From contig CAVXAT010000002.1 of the NCBI GenBank assembly GCA_963759805.1, positions 5,532 through 69,531 of the forward strand: a DNA stretch of 64,000 nt. The letters are read 5' to 3'. The translations under genes were made by a program, and so were the position numbers. The notes under the pieces are model-generated. The model saw only the letters and a list, made by a program, of their open reading frames with translations, ran no database searches and was not told the DNA's origin. Below are positions 45,622 through 54,033 of the stretch, piece by piece (the first letter of the stretch is position 1; each line of letters begins with the position of its first letter). This DNA comes from an uncultured bacterium (GTDB taxonomy: Bacteria; Babelota; Babeliae; Babelales; RVW-14).

Positions 45622-47233
45622 CTAGCCCCTCCAATAATTTAGATTTTTTATAGAAGAAGCGATCTGAAAGCATCTCTTCATCCTTCAAAAGCTTCTCAAT
45701 TGAAAGTACCGCACATAATTTATCATCCGTCGTAATAGTTATATAACCACTCTGCTTGCCCTTAAGCACAGCAGCTCTAAATTCAGCCAACGTCTTAATC
45801 TCTTCCCCATTGATTTCTGTAATTATATCACCCGGACGTAAAATTCTGGTTTTACGCGCCTGAGAATTTGGCAAAACATGCGAAATAATAACTGCAGGAT
45901 CGTACTGAATATCAACACGCATGTATTTGACTAAATTCGAAGCGCTGTTAATCAATTTTTGTACGTGATTCAATGTCAACTGCATAACAACCATTCCACC
46001 TATAACTTCGTAATCAGTCATATCCGGTTCAAATTCAGGATAAACGGCACGAACCTCAGGAATATATTTGTGTTCAAGCGGAAATGTAAAAACTCTCGCA
46101 GCCCCCTTGCGATACATCAGTAATCTTAGATTGTCCCCCACCTTCATTCTATTCAAAAGTTCAAATAACGAAACTTTATCTTCACTCCATGGCACATTCA
46201 TCTCACCATACATATCAACCTTATATCCGTTGATCTCATAAAGCATGTCACCGTCTTTTACGCCAACACCACTGAGCAGAGTATTCTCAAAAACTTTAGC
46301 AACATACCAGCCACCCTCTTCCGGATTTCCAAGATAATCAACAAGTTCAGGTGTTGAAGCGGTAAACAGACATCCAAGCGTTGGACGACGAAGCAATTTA
46401 ACTTTATATAAATCCTTCAGTGCAGTTTTAACCTCATTAATTGGAACAATATATCCAACATTTTGAGCATCTGCAATTATGCAGGTGTTAATACCAATGA
46501 CTTCACCCTCAACATTAAGAGAAGGCCCACCGGAATTTCCAGGATTGAGCGGAGCGGTTATCTGAATATATCCAAAGTTTCCATGACGCTCACGACCACT
46601 AACAATTCCCAACGTACTTTTTAATCTGAATTGAGCCAGAGGATATCCCAGCGCAAGAACCTCTTGTGAGCGTAAAATTTGATCAGAATCACCAAGAGCC
46701 AGATAAGAAATTGTTTTCAATTTTGTCTGTATCTTTTTCTTGGACTCATCTGTTAGCTTTAACAAAGCAATATCACGCTCAGGGCTGACACCAACAATTT
46801 GAGCATCAAAACGCTCCATTCCAAAAGATGGAATTTGAATTTGAACACTTATGGCCTGAGCAATAACATGGTAATTTGTAATCAAATCTCCCTCGGCGTT
46901 AATGAAAAAACCACTACCGGCGCCTTCATTCTGGCTGGGAGTTTTGTAGGGCTCCGTCCAGTTAAACTCAGATGTTTGTGAAAATACCTGTACGACGGTA
47001 TCCTTCACCTGCTTCTGCACATCAAGCCAAGTTTTTCCCGTCTTTTGCGAAACTACCCTTGAAGGAGTAATCTTTGTCTCTTTATTTGCATCTGCTGTTT
47101 TTTCTATGTCTACGGCCTGTCGATATTTTCTGAATGCAAGTCTATTCATAAAACTTGTATATAATACATAAACCGCAATTACGGCGACAAGTGTCAACAG
47201 AATGGACAGCCCACTCTTTTTAAAACTTTGCAT
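45617..47233 (-). CDS. htrA: HtrA/DegP-family periplasmic serine protease with two PDZ domains
   Basis: Catalytic blocks TNYHV, DIALLKL and GNSGGPSLN. There are two PDZ-like regions and an N-terminal anchor. Confidence 0.92.
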   Translation of the reverse strand: MQSFKKSGLSILLTLVAVIAVYVLYTSFMNRLAFRKYRQAVDIEKTADANKETKITPSRVVSQKTGKTWLDVQKQVKDTVVQVFSQTSEFNWTEPYKTPSQNEGAGSGFFINAEGDLITNYHVIAQAISVQIQIPSFGMERFDAQIVGVSPERDIALLKLTDESKKKIQTKLKTISYLALGDSDQILRSQEVLALGYPLAQFRLKSTLGIVSGRERHGNFGYIQITAPLNPGNSGGPSLNVEGEVIGINTCIIADAQNVGYIVPINEVKTALKDLYKVKLLRRPTLGCLFTASTPELVDYLGNPEEGGWYVAKVFENTLLSGVGVKDGDMLYEINGYKVDMYGEMNVPWSEDKVSLFELLNRMKVGDNLRLLMYRKGAARVFTFPLEHKYIPEVRAVYPEFEPDMTDYEVIGGMVVMQLTLNHVQKLINSASNLVKYMRVDIQYDPAVIISHVLPNSQARKTRILRPGDIITEINGEEIKTLAEFRAAVLKGKQSGYITITTDDKLCAVLSIEKLLKDEEMLSDRFFYKKSKLLEGLA

Positions 47234-47331
47234 TAAAAAAGCCTTTCAATTCTGGAACTAATTCAGCGATATTTAATTTATAATTCTAACAAAATGAAAG
47301 AAAAACACCACGCTTTGTGGATAAATTTAAG

Positions 47332-48198
47332 TTACTTGTGAAAAATCGATTCCTGTAGGGCATCATGAACTTCACACGAACAAGATTCGTGATCCTGAGC
47401 TTCATGTCTCTGAAATCTAAATTTTAGATATAGAAAAATTTGGGATATTTTAATAAAAATAGCTTTGCACAATGCAAAGGCAATGTAAGCAGCATAAATA
47501 AAGAATAAAACCTTTATACATCCAAACACCATTGCAAACGCTACAAAAATAATTCCGGCCAAGGCATAAAAGCCTTTTCTAATGTGTTTAAATGTTGGAA
47601 TTCTTACCGAACATATCATCAATCCGGACAGAACAATCATGGCAAAGGCCAAAGCAAACAAAGAAAAAAGCGATTTAAACGACACTTGATGCATATTCAG
47701 AATAAGTGAGGCGAGAAAACAGGCTGCAAATGGGGTTGGAACTCCGATGAAAGACTTTGACTGCTCGTTATGCGTTATATTAAATTTTGCAAGGCGTAAC
47801 AGGCCGCATGCTAGGAAAAGACCACAAATTCCCATACCGATTACACCAAATTTTTTAAGCTGCCAACAGTAGACCAAAAATGCCGGAGCAAGGCAAAAAG
47901 TTATGGCATCGGACAATGAATCAAGTTGTAGGCCAAACTCGCTTGATGAACGAACCCAACGAGCAACCTGACCATCAAGCGCGTCCATTAAAGCACCAAG
48001 AAAAATACAAAATGCCGCTGCAACCCAGGCCTCACGCGCTGCAAAAATTATAGAACAAAAACCAAAAAACGAGTTGCCTAACGTGAAAATGTTTGGGATA
48101 ACACGCAAACCCCTACGAAATGGAATTGGGCGAAAATTGAACCCTTTTCTACCTCTTCCAAATCGATGGGTACATTTTGATTTAAAATTTAAAGCCAT
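47332..48198 (-). CDS. pssA: CDP-diacylglycerol--serine O-phosphatidyltransferase
   Basis: CDP-alcohol phosphatidyltransferase motif DALDGQVARWVRSSSEFGLQLDSLSD. Start at ATG 48198, preceded by AAGGGGG. Confidence 0.85.
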   Translation of the reverse strand: MALNFKSKCTHRFGRGRKGFNFRPIPFRRGLRVIPNIFTLGNSFFGFCSIIFAAREAWVAAAFCIFLGALMDALDGQVARWVRSSSEFGLQLDSLSDAITFCLAPAFLVYCWQLKKFGVIGMGICGLFLACGLLRLAKFNITHNEQSKSFIGVPTPFAACFLASLILNMHQVSFKSLFSLFALAFAMIVLSGLMICSVRIPTFKHIRKGFYALAGIIFVAFAMVFGCIKVLFFIYAAYIAFALCKAIFIKISQIFLYLKFRFQRHEAQDHESCSCEVHDALQESIFHK

Positions 48199-48261
48199 AA
48201 AACCCCCTTGGTTTTTGTTATCAACTAGAACTCTTCTGTAACTATGCACTTTTTACTAGCC

Positions 48262-48306
48262 CGCTCGTGGTGAGCTTGTCGAACCATCGCCCTATGGGCG
48301 ACGGGC
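48262..48306. repeat. GC-rich dispersed repeat, copy 3 (with intact TCGCCC-tat-GGGCGA hairpin)
   Basis: CGCTCGTGGTGAGCTTGTCGAACCATCGCCCTATGGGCGACGGG, intergenic between grpE and pssA. Confidence 0.85.
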
Positions 48307-48328
48307 AAAGTTAGGAAAAAAGTCTCTT

Positions 48329-48967
48329 TCATTTCGCAACAACCACTTGAGCGTACTTAATAACTTTATCTTTGAATCGATAACCCTTACTCATCACCTC
48401 AATGATCTGCCCTGATTTATGCCCAACTGAATCAATTTGTGCAACAGCTTCGTGAAGTTCCGGGTTAAAAACTCCAGAAGCAGAGATCTCTTCAACGCCC
48501 AACTCTTGCAAAGCTTTTTTAAAATTCTTCTGCACGACAGATAACCCATCAATCCATTGTACAACAGCAGGCTGGTCACTCACAATTGATGAACTTAGGG
48601 CTCTATCCAAATCTTCAATAACAGGAACTAATTTCAAAATTATAGACTCTTGTGCAACGGCAGTCCACTCTGCCCTTTGTTTCTCAACCCTTCGCTGGTA
48701 ATTCTGCAAATCGGCAGAGACACGTAAAAATAGATCTTTGTAATTAGGCTGCTCGGCTTTAGATTCGACTTTTGGCTCAGTTTTTTGTTCAGTCTTTTCT
48801 TGCAATTCAACTTTTTCTTGTTGCACAGCTTGCTCTAGCTGTTCACCCTTTTCTGGTTGCACAACTTGTTCATGTTTCGAGGCCGCAACAACTGCTGGCT
48901 CTGTGTTCACAGATTCAGTTTTCTCAGAATTTGAGTCATTATGCCCGTTTTTACCGCTGTTATCCAT
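48329..48967 (-). CDS. grpE: Nucleotide exchange factor GrpE
   Basis: An acidic N-terminal region followed by LRVSADLQNYQRR...GYRFKDKVIKYAQVVV. Confidence 0.92.
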   Translation of the reverse strand: MDNSGKNGHNDSNSEKTESVNTEPAVVAASKHEQVVQPEKGEQLEQAVQQEKVELQEKTEQKTEPKVESKAEQPNYKDLFLRVSADLQNYQRRVEKQRAEWTAVAQESIILKLVPVIEDLDRALSSSIVSDQPAVVQWIDGLSVVQKNFKKALQELGVEEISASGVFNPELHEAVAQIDSVGHKSGQIIEVMSKGYRFKDKVIKYAQVVVAK

Positions 48968-49014
48968 TTTAACCTGCCCTTTTCAACCTGAAAATCGTAT
49001 TTTATTATTCCGAA

Positions 49015-49048
49015 TTGTCATCCTGAACTCGTTTCAGGATCCATGGAT
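49015..49048. repeat. Dispersed 34-nt palindromic repeat, copy 2
   Basis: Identical to 24715-24748. Confidence 0.9.
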
Positions 49049-49303
49049 CCTATGTTTTCCACATATTCTATCAATATTAACAGCTTTATTATAAATAAAA
49101 ACCGCTCAAAAATAAAGAAACCCCCACTTTAAACCAAAAATCAGGTGCACAGTATAATTGTTATAATTTTTTTTATAATTTTTTTAAAATCGTTTTTTGA
49201 TAGAAAACTGCAGCTTTTCGCATTTTTTGTTTCAACTATTCCTGATGCAACCATAAAAACTTCAAAACTTATTACAGCGTGAAAACTTTCTCCCACATGG
49301 CCT

Positions 49304-49332
49304 TTGACGAGCACGTTTTAATGCGCTAAATT
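49304..49332 (+). promoter_or_regulatory. Candidate sigma70-type promoter for the 49391-58372 gene string
   Basis: TTGACG (49304-49309), a 17-nt spacer, then TAAATT (49327-49332), about 60 nt upstream of the ATG. Called by eye only. Confidence 0.3.
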
Positions 49333-49390
49333 ACAAATAGATGTAAATTGTTTTTTTACAAAAACGGTTATTTATTAATAGGAGGTTATC

Positions 49391-52300
49391 ATGAAAAAGA
49401 TTTTTCATGTTTTTTCGATGTTACTGTTGTTAGGTTCGTTACAAGTTGATCTTTGCGCAATGCAGGAACCAGATGATGCAACGACTCCCGTTGAAATACC
49501 AGTAGATCATCCAAATTCCGGCCTGATAAACGGCCAGAGCATCTGTTATCTAAACGCTGTAATTCAATGTCTTTCAAATCTTAAAACTTTCAGAGAAAAA
49601 TTGTTAGCCCACGAAGACACTTATCAGAACAATCCTCTTGTTTTAAATTTAATCAGATTATTCAAAGACTTAAGAACAACCACAGAACCTGCAATACAAA
49701 ATGACACCTTGATTGGCCATGTAAAAACGTTAATCACAAATCAATCAGGAAATGCACGAGAACACTTTCAAGATGCGGATGAAATTCTAACTCTGTTGTT
49801 AGGACAAATTAACAAACCAAACAAAATTTCTTTAGAGTTACAACTTGATCAGAAAGTTAAATGCCTTGGAGCTCATGGTGCAGCCGGTTGTCAGCACGAA
49901 TCCCCAAAACATGAGACGCATGAAACAATTGCATTACCACTTGATGAAATTGCCACTCAAAATACACTTCAAGCATTGCTTGAAAGCTTTTTTACATCAT
50001 CATTCGCACATGATTATGTTTGTGATGGTTGTGGTAAAAAAAATACATCTTTTAAAACTTCTAGAATTTCAAAAAACCAAGATGAATTAATTATCACGTT
50101 AAAAAGATTCAATTCAGATGGGACCAAGATAGATACATCTATTTCATTTCCAATGGAACTCGATTTAAAGCCTTATTCAACAGATGGGCTAAAACAACAA
50201 GCCGGCGTAGATCTTTCATATGAATTAGTTGGTTTTGTTTGTCATGGCGGTAACCATTATATTTCATTTGTAAGAGATTTTGGAAATGGGGAATGGTACA
50301 TGTATAACGATTCGGCAGTCAGCGATGAAATAAATTTGCAACTTATACAAGGGATTACCACGACAGGTAGTTTTTCACTAAATTCTCAAATTTTCACACC
50401 ATACATTTTGTTTTATCAAAAAAATGGAATCGGGGGGCAAACGCTTGCTCATCCAACAGCACAACAATCTGTAGATCAAGATGAAGGCGAAGATTGGGAT
50501 TCATCAGATGGCGAGGATGAACTTCAGCCGCCAACAACTAAAGGCTTTTTTAGCTGGTTTCTTGGATGGGCTACCGGTAACAACCAAAGAGAAGACGAGC
50601 GAAGAAAACAAGAAGAGGTTAAATTGCAAGAAGAGGCGATAAAGAAACGTCAAGAGGAGAAACTAAGGATGCGAAGGGAAACTAGACTACAAGAAGAAGT
50701 GATAGAAAAACGCCAAAACCTAGGACTCATGAAAGTCGAAGCACTCCCATATTTAAATTCAGTCGTACAGTGTCTTTCGAATCTTAAAAAATTTAAGACT
50801 AAACTATTTGCAAGTGAAAATGATTATAAAGATGATTTTTTAATTCTTAGCCTTATTAATCTTATCAAAAGACTGAAGAATTCTAGCGAATCATTAGGAA
50901 ATCAAGATTTTGTAGAGCAAGCAAAGATTTTGGTGCAACAAAGTAAAAATAATGAAGTTGCACTTCAGGTGGCAGATGAATTTTTAAATTTGTTATTTGA
51001 TCGTCTGCATACCCAAGACATGGAACCTCTTAATCTCCTAATTAATATAATTACCCAGTGCATAAAAAACAAAGATATATCAGGTTGCGAATATTCTTTA
51101 GATGAAGATGGAGTTGTGCAACCCAAGACAAGCCTATGTTTTAAAGAATTAAAAAGTGTCCAAGAAATTTTGGCAAAGCAATTTTCACCTTCTTTTGATA
51201 AAGGGTACACCTGCAAATGTTGTCATAAAGCTGGAACTTCTGTTATTACACAGAAATTTTTACGCTGCCCTTCCGAATTAATAATTTCTTTACAACGATT
51301 TGATTCATCTGGAAATAAAGATTTATCGCCAGTTATTTTACCATTGATACTTGATTTGACCCCTTATCTTAGCCATGAATTACTACAACAAATCGATCAG
51401 GCTCCGTATGAATTAGTGGGCATTGTTTGTTGCAATCGAAACTCTCAATATTATTCTTACATGAAAAATATTGCATCAGATAAATGGTTCCGGTACAACG
51501 ATGAGTCCGTTGTAGAGGTCAGCAATCAAGAAATTAAAACGCTGGCAGATTCCGGAATAGATTCGCAAAATTTTGTGCCATACATTTTATTTTATGAATT
51601 AAAGGAGTCCGAATGCCATACAAGTGCATCTCAAGCGCAACAAAGTTCAACTGCAACGAAAGATCAAAGATCAAACGCTAAAAACACACAAGAAATAATG
51701 GCTCAAATGACGAAACTTTGGAATATAAAGAAGCAACAAGAACGGGACCTTAAACGTGCTCAGGGCGTTGCAAAATCGGCTGATAAAAATCTAGTTAATG
51801 CGCAGTTGGATGGAGCCGATTTAACCGATTTGGATTTGAATGGGGCAGATTTAACGGGTGCGTCTTTAATCGGTGCAACATTGGTTAGAACAAAATTGAA
51901 TGGCACAATTTTGGCCAATGCAAAGTTAAATAATGCAATTATTTCGGATGTTCAATTATGCAATGCGACACTAAAAAACACAGATTTGAATAATTCAACA
52001 ATAACGAATATAACCGCTCATAACATAACTATCTCAGATGGTACAAAATTTGAGAATGCAACAATAAGCTCGCTAAATCTAAAAAATATCAAACTACAAA
52101 ATGTGTCTTTTGCAAATGCAACATTAAAAAATATCACATTTTCAACCTCATTAATTGATCATGTAAATATGGCACACATACAAGCTGAGGAGTTATATTT
52201 AAATGAATCTTCGCTGACAAACATAGATTTCAGCAGGGCTTGCATTGTAGGTCTTGATATAAGCAATGCAAACATCATAGGAGATTGGTTAAATTTCAGA

Positions 52301-52981
52301 TATGCAACGATAAAAACGGGGTGCATTAGGGGAACAACCACATCTAGAAGACCTAGCCCTGGCGAACGCTCAGATGGCATCACAGAAAAAGAAAATACAG
52401 GACTAATAATGGATACAGTAGGCGTTTCAACACTTGTGACATCTACAGCTTTTGGTACTGTTACTATTCCTATTCCGATTGTTGGATCTGCCGCTGGATT
52501 TTTCTATGGATTGTTTTTGGTTGGAGTTGAGCTTATCATTCACGATGAATACCTCGACTCAAAAAAAGATTTTGGCGCTTCAAATATTAACAGCATTTTG
52601 CTCAATTCCGATTTTTATGGAGCATCATTACAAGACGTGATTGTGCAACATGTAAAGCTTGGTAATTGTATGAATATTGGAAGAATTAGAAAAGCAGTTG
52701 GAACCAATTTTGATAACATTGTAAGTAGCAATCCAAAGGATTTGGACGATTTAAGACACAAGGGCGCTTGTGTAAATGAAATTCCATCAGACGAATTTAA
52801 AGTACTATGGCCTACAAAAGGAAACGATCAGAAAGTTTTTTGGGTCAAGCTACTTGCTGGTGCTGCGCATGGAACCCTCTCAGGCACCATATCAAAAGTT
52901 GAGACAAATTTACGGGACAAACAACAAGAGGCAAAGTATAAGTCTTTTATATCTGAAGAAATACAAAAAACAAGAAAATAA
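49391..52981 (+). CDS. Signal-peptide protein with tandem USP/UCH (peptidase C19) deubiquitinase-like domains, pentapeptide repeats and a bilobed hydrophobic segment
   Basis: Domain 1 has the Cys box GLINGQSICYLNAVIQCL, zinc-ribbon CxxC pairs, the His box YELVGFVCHGGNHYISFV and WYMYNDSAV. Domain 2 has EALPYLNSVVQCL (Cys replaced by Pro) and YELVGIVCCNRNSQYYSY (His lost). Residues ~800-960 are A(D/N)LxX-type pentapeptide repeats. The hydrophobic hairpin is VGVSTLVTSTAFGTVTIPIPIVGSAAGFFYGLFLVGVELII. Confidence 0.85.
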   Translation: MKKIFHVFSMLLLLGSLQVDLCAMQEPDDATTPVEIPVDHPNSGLINGQSICYLNAVIQCLSNLKTFREKLLAHEDTYQNNPLVLNLIRLFKDLRTTTEPAIQNDTLIGHVKTLITNQSGNAREHFQDADEILTLLLGQINKPNKISLELQLDQKVKCLGAHGAAGCQHESPKHETHETIALPLDEIATQNTLQALLESFFTSSFAHDYVCDGCGKKNTSFKTSRISKNQDELIITLKRFNSDGTKIDTSISFPMELDLKPYSTDGLKQQAGVDLSYELVGFVCHGGNHYISFVRDFGNGEWYMYNDSAVSDEINLQLIQGITTTGSFSLNSQIFTPYILFYQKNGIGGQTLAHPTAQQSVDQDEGEDWDSSDGEDELQPPTTKGFFSWFLGWATGNNQREDERRKQEEVKLQEEAIKKRQEEKLRMRRETRLQEEVIEKRQNLGLMKVEALPYLNSVVQCLSNLKKFKTKLFASENDYKDDFLILSLINLIKRLKNSSESLGNQDFVEQAKILVQQSKNNEVALQVADEFLNLLFDRLHTQDMEPLNLLINIITQCIKNKDISGCEYSLDEDGVVQPKTSLCFKELKSVQEILAKQFSPSFDKGYTCKCCHKAGTSVITQKFLRCPSELIISLQRFDSSGNKDLSPVILPLILDLTPYLSHELLQQIDQAPYELVGIVCCNRNSQYYSYMKNIASDKWFRYNDESVVEVSNQEIKTLADSGIDSQNFVPYILFYELKESECHTSASQAQQSSTATKDQRSNAKNTQEIMAQMTKLWNIKKQQERDLKRAQGVAKSADKNLVNAQLDGADLTDLDLNGADLTGASLIGATLVRTKLNGTILANAKLNNAIISDVQLCNATLKNTDLNNSTITNITAHNITISDGTKFENATISSLNLKNIKLQNVSFANATLKNITFSTSLIDHVNMAHIQAEELYLNESSLTNIDFSRACIVGLDISNANIIGDWLNFRYATIKTGCIRGTTTSRRPSPGERSDGITEKENTGLIMDTVGVSTLVTSTAFGTVTIPIPIVGSAAGFFYGLFLVGVELIIHDEYLDSKKDFGASNINSILLNSDFYGASLQDVIVQHVKLGNCMNIGRIRKAVGTNFDNIVSSNPKDLDDLRHKGACVNEIPSDEFKVLWPTKGNDQKVFWVKLLAGAAHGTLSGTISKVETNLRDKQQEAKYKSFISEEIQKTRK

Positions 52982-53006
52982 AGAATAATAAAGTTAGGAG
53001 GTTATC

Positions 53007-53993
53007 ATGAAATTCAAAAATGTTTTTTCACTCATTTTAATTTTAAACGCTGCAAACTTATTTGCATATGACCAACAAACATATAAAGAACTGCTTGCTG
53101 GTGGCAAAAGGTTTGCAAATGCAGACTTGTCAAAAGCAAAAATCGAAAATATGGATTTATCAGATGTTACTTTTGTGAATGTAAATTTAACTGATGCATG
53201 CTTTCATAATTCGATGCTTACAAATGTCACATTTGATTCATGTAATTTATCGGGTTCTATATTTTATGATATGGTATTTAATAATTCCAAAATTTTAAAC
53301 AAATCTAATTTGGCACATTCTATTTTTGAAAAGGTAATTTTTGATAGCTCAGAAATAAATAATTCATCAATGGCTCATGTCAAATTGTCAGAAACTGATC
53401 TTGTGGCAGCTAGAATTTACAATGTTGACATGTACAACACCAAGCTTGAGTCTGTAAATTTTTCTGCGTGTACCCTGGAGCATATAAATTTCAGGGCAGC
53501 CAAACTCGAATTGGTAAGAATCTACGAAACAACTCAGATTGGTACTGATCTGATCTTTGATCAAGCAACTCTTTCACAGTGCTGTTTCCTAGGCCAAAAG
53601 GAACGCAGTTCAGTTATAGGGGGCGACTTTTTTGGCACGACTATTATGCATAGCTACTTTGTAAATCTAAATTTTGATAACTGTACACGCTTAGATCAAG
53701 TTGGCGATGCAACAAAAAGTTTATTCGACAATATTTCCTCTATTAGTCCAAATGACCTAAGAATATTTGCTGAAAGGCTGAAATTTAAAGAGGCAAAAGT
53801 CAATGGCGAATGGACTAAAGACAAAGACTATTGGAGTAAATTTGAATCTCATTATTGCAAGCAATTTTTTGCGGCATTGTGGCCATCAGTAGCTTATTTA
53901 GGTACTTTCGCCTTTGTTGGATTGGTTTGTCCAGCTGCTGCACCTATAGCAGCATCTGCAGTATCTGGAGGAGTATCTGCAGTAGTTAACTAA
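53007..53993 (+). CDS. Signal-peptide pentapeptide-repeat protein with a C-terminal hydrophobic tail (paralogue of the C-terminal part of 49391-52981)
   Basis: FANADLSKAKIENMDLSDVTFVNVNLTDACFHNSMLTNVTFDSCNLSGSIF... Shares FDNI(S/V)S..P.DL with the USP protein. The tail is FFAALWPSVAYLGTFAFVGLVCPAAAPIAASAVSGGVSAVVN. Confidence 0.8.
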   Translation: MKFKNVFSLILILNAANLFAYDQQTYKELLAGGKRFANADLSKAKIENMDLSDVTFVNVNLTDACFHNSMLTNVTFDSCNLSGSIFYDMVFNNSKILNKSNLAHSIFEKVIFDSSEINNSSMAHVKLSETDLVAARIYNVDMYNTKLESVNFSACTLEHINFRAAKLELVRIYETTQIGTDLIFDQATLSQCCFLGQKERSSVIGGDFFGTTIMHSYFVNLNFDNCTRLDQVGDATKSLFDNISSISPNDLRIFAERLKFKEAKVNGEWTKDKDYWSKFESHYCKQFFAALWPSVAYLGTFAFVGLVCPAAAPIAASAVSGGVSAVVN

Positions 53994-54033
53994 CTATATT
54001 AAATTTAGAATACTGAAAAATTTGGAGGTTATC

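Noticed and set aside
48903-49094. 63-aa ORF downstream of the grpE start region
   Set aside because: It spans the 34-nt dispersed palindromic repeat (translating ...VILNSFQDPW...). This is a typical spurious ORF through a repeat element.
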